A stretch of DNA of 64,000 nt from contig WRAS01000002.1 of assembly GCA_009780065.1 (NCBI GenBank), positions 73,916-137,915 of the forward strand, written 5' to 3'. Position 1 is the stretch's first letter, and each line of letters begins with the position of its first letter. A program made the translations under genes and the position numbers. Below the pieces are notes generated by a model, which saw only the letters and a list, made by a program, of their open reading frames with translations, was not told the origin of the DNA and did no database searches. Source of the stretch: Bacillota bacterium. Lineage in GTDB: Bacteria > Bacillota > Clostridia > Christensenellales > UBA1242. Positions 63,743-64,000 of this stretch are shown one piece after another.

Positions 63743-63976
63743 TTAACCACTGAAAAAGTATCTCGCCCTATGATTAGGATATATTAAACCAACATAATTT
63801 CGATGAAAAATATTGTGTATATTTGAACCATGATGGTTATGTTTGATAAAACGCTGCTTCCGTGTATCGAATACTATATCTCCAAAGTCTCCTATATTTG
63901 TTGCAGTATATTGCAGCAAGAATGGGTTTGGAATATATGACAAGGGAATCGTTGACTCGCCCGCAGAAATCTCCAT
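63743..63976 (-). CDS. C-terminal part of a CDS, possibly an NlpC/P60-like domain; the start may lie beyond the window
   Basis: GDIVFD...YVGLIYPNH weakly resembles the C40 peptidase core. The ORF is close to the window edge. Confidence 0.25.
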   Translation of the reverse strand: MEISAGESTIPLSYIPNPFLLQYTATNIGDFGDIVFDTRKQRFIKHNHHGSNIHNIFHRNYVGLIYPNHRARYFFSG

Positions 63977-64000
63977 ATTATCTGAATTTTCAAAAGGTAT

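Overview
AT-rich, Firmicutes-like chromosomal window. All protein calls come from motifs read by eye in the supplied translations; no database search was possible.

(1) 1-24 kb is mostly core genome. The minus strand carries TraX, ComF, tsf, rpsB, DUF1292, a ferredoxin, ruvX and a ParE/ParC-like type IIA topoisomerase pair. A plus-strand cluster follows (glutamine-synthetase-like ligase, alanine racemase, a frameshifted unknown gene, a DapF-like epimerase). Each half of that cluster is preceded by a candidate leaderless leader-peptide attenuator, one with Gln codons and one with His codons. After it come an XRE regulator, a fused ABC ATPase/FtsX permease, a SIMPL protein and a 978-aa BspA-type LRR surface protein.

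(2) 24.2-30.2 kb is a ~6 kb tyrosine-integrase element inserted in the anticodon loop of a class II tRNA-Leu with anticodon AAG. The two tRNA halves lie 5.9 kb apart. The element carries its own complete tRNA-like gene with the same anticodon loop, placed directly behind the host tRNA promoter.

(3) 30.6-41.5 kb holds VOC, APH and GNAT genes, a surface zincin, and a phosphocholine/teichoic-acid-type operon (wHTH-LicC-LicA fusion, LtaS-like transferase, YidC-TagF fusion).

(4) 41.6-63.2 kb is an accessory, defence-type island abutting ssrA (tmRNA). It contains:
- three HEPN-motif proteins and a DUF4238 protein;
- a second ~5 kb integrase element encoding a circovirus-type HUH-SF3 Rep;
- an uncharacterised, tightly coupled three-gene operon;
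- a decayed DDE transposase;
- a paralogous small-protein family (motif CFRNGPxEDxH) paired once with a HEPN protein and once with a PD-(D/E)xK protein;
- a translationally coupled operon of a 1602-aa Type ISP restriction-modification enzyme, a Cap4/DUF4297-like nuclease and an SMC/ABC ATPase (Lamassu/ABC-3C-like).

No CRISPR array or rRNA was seen.
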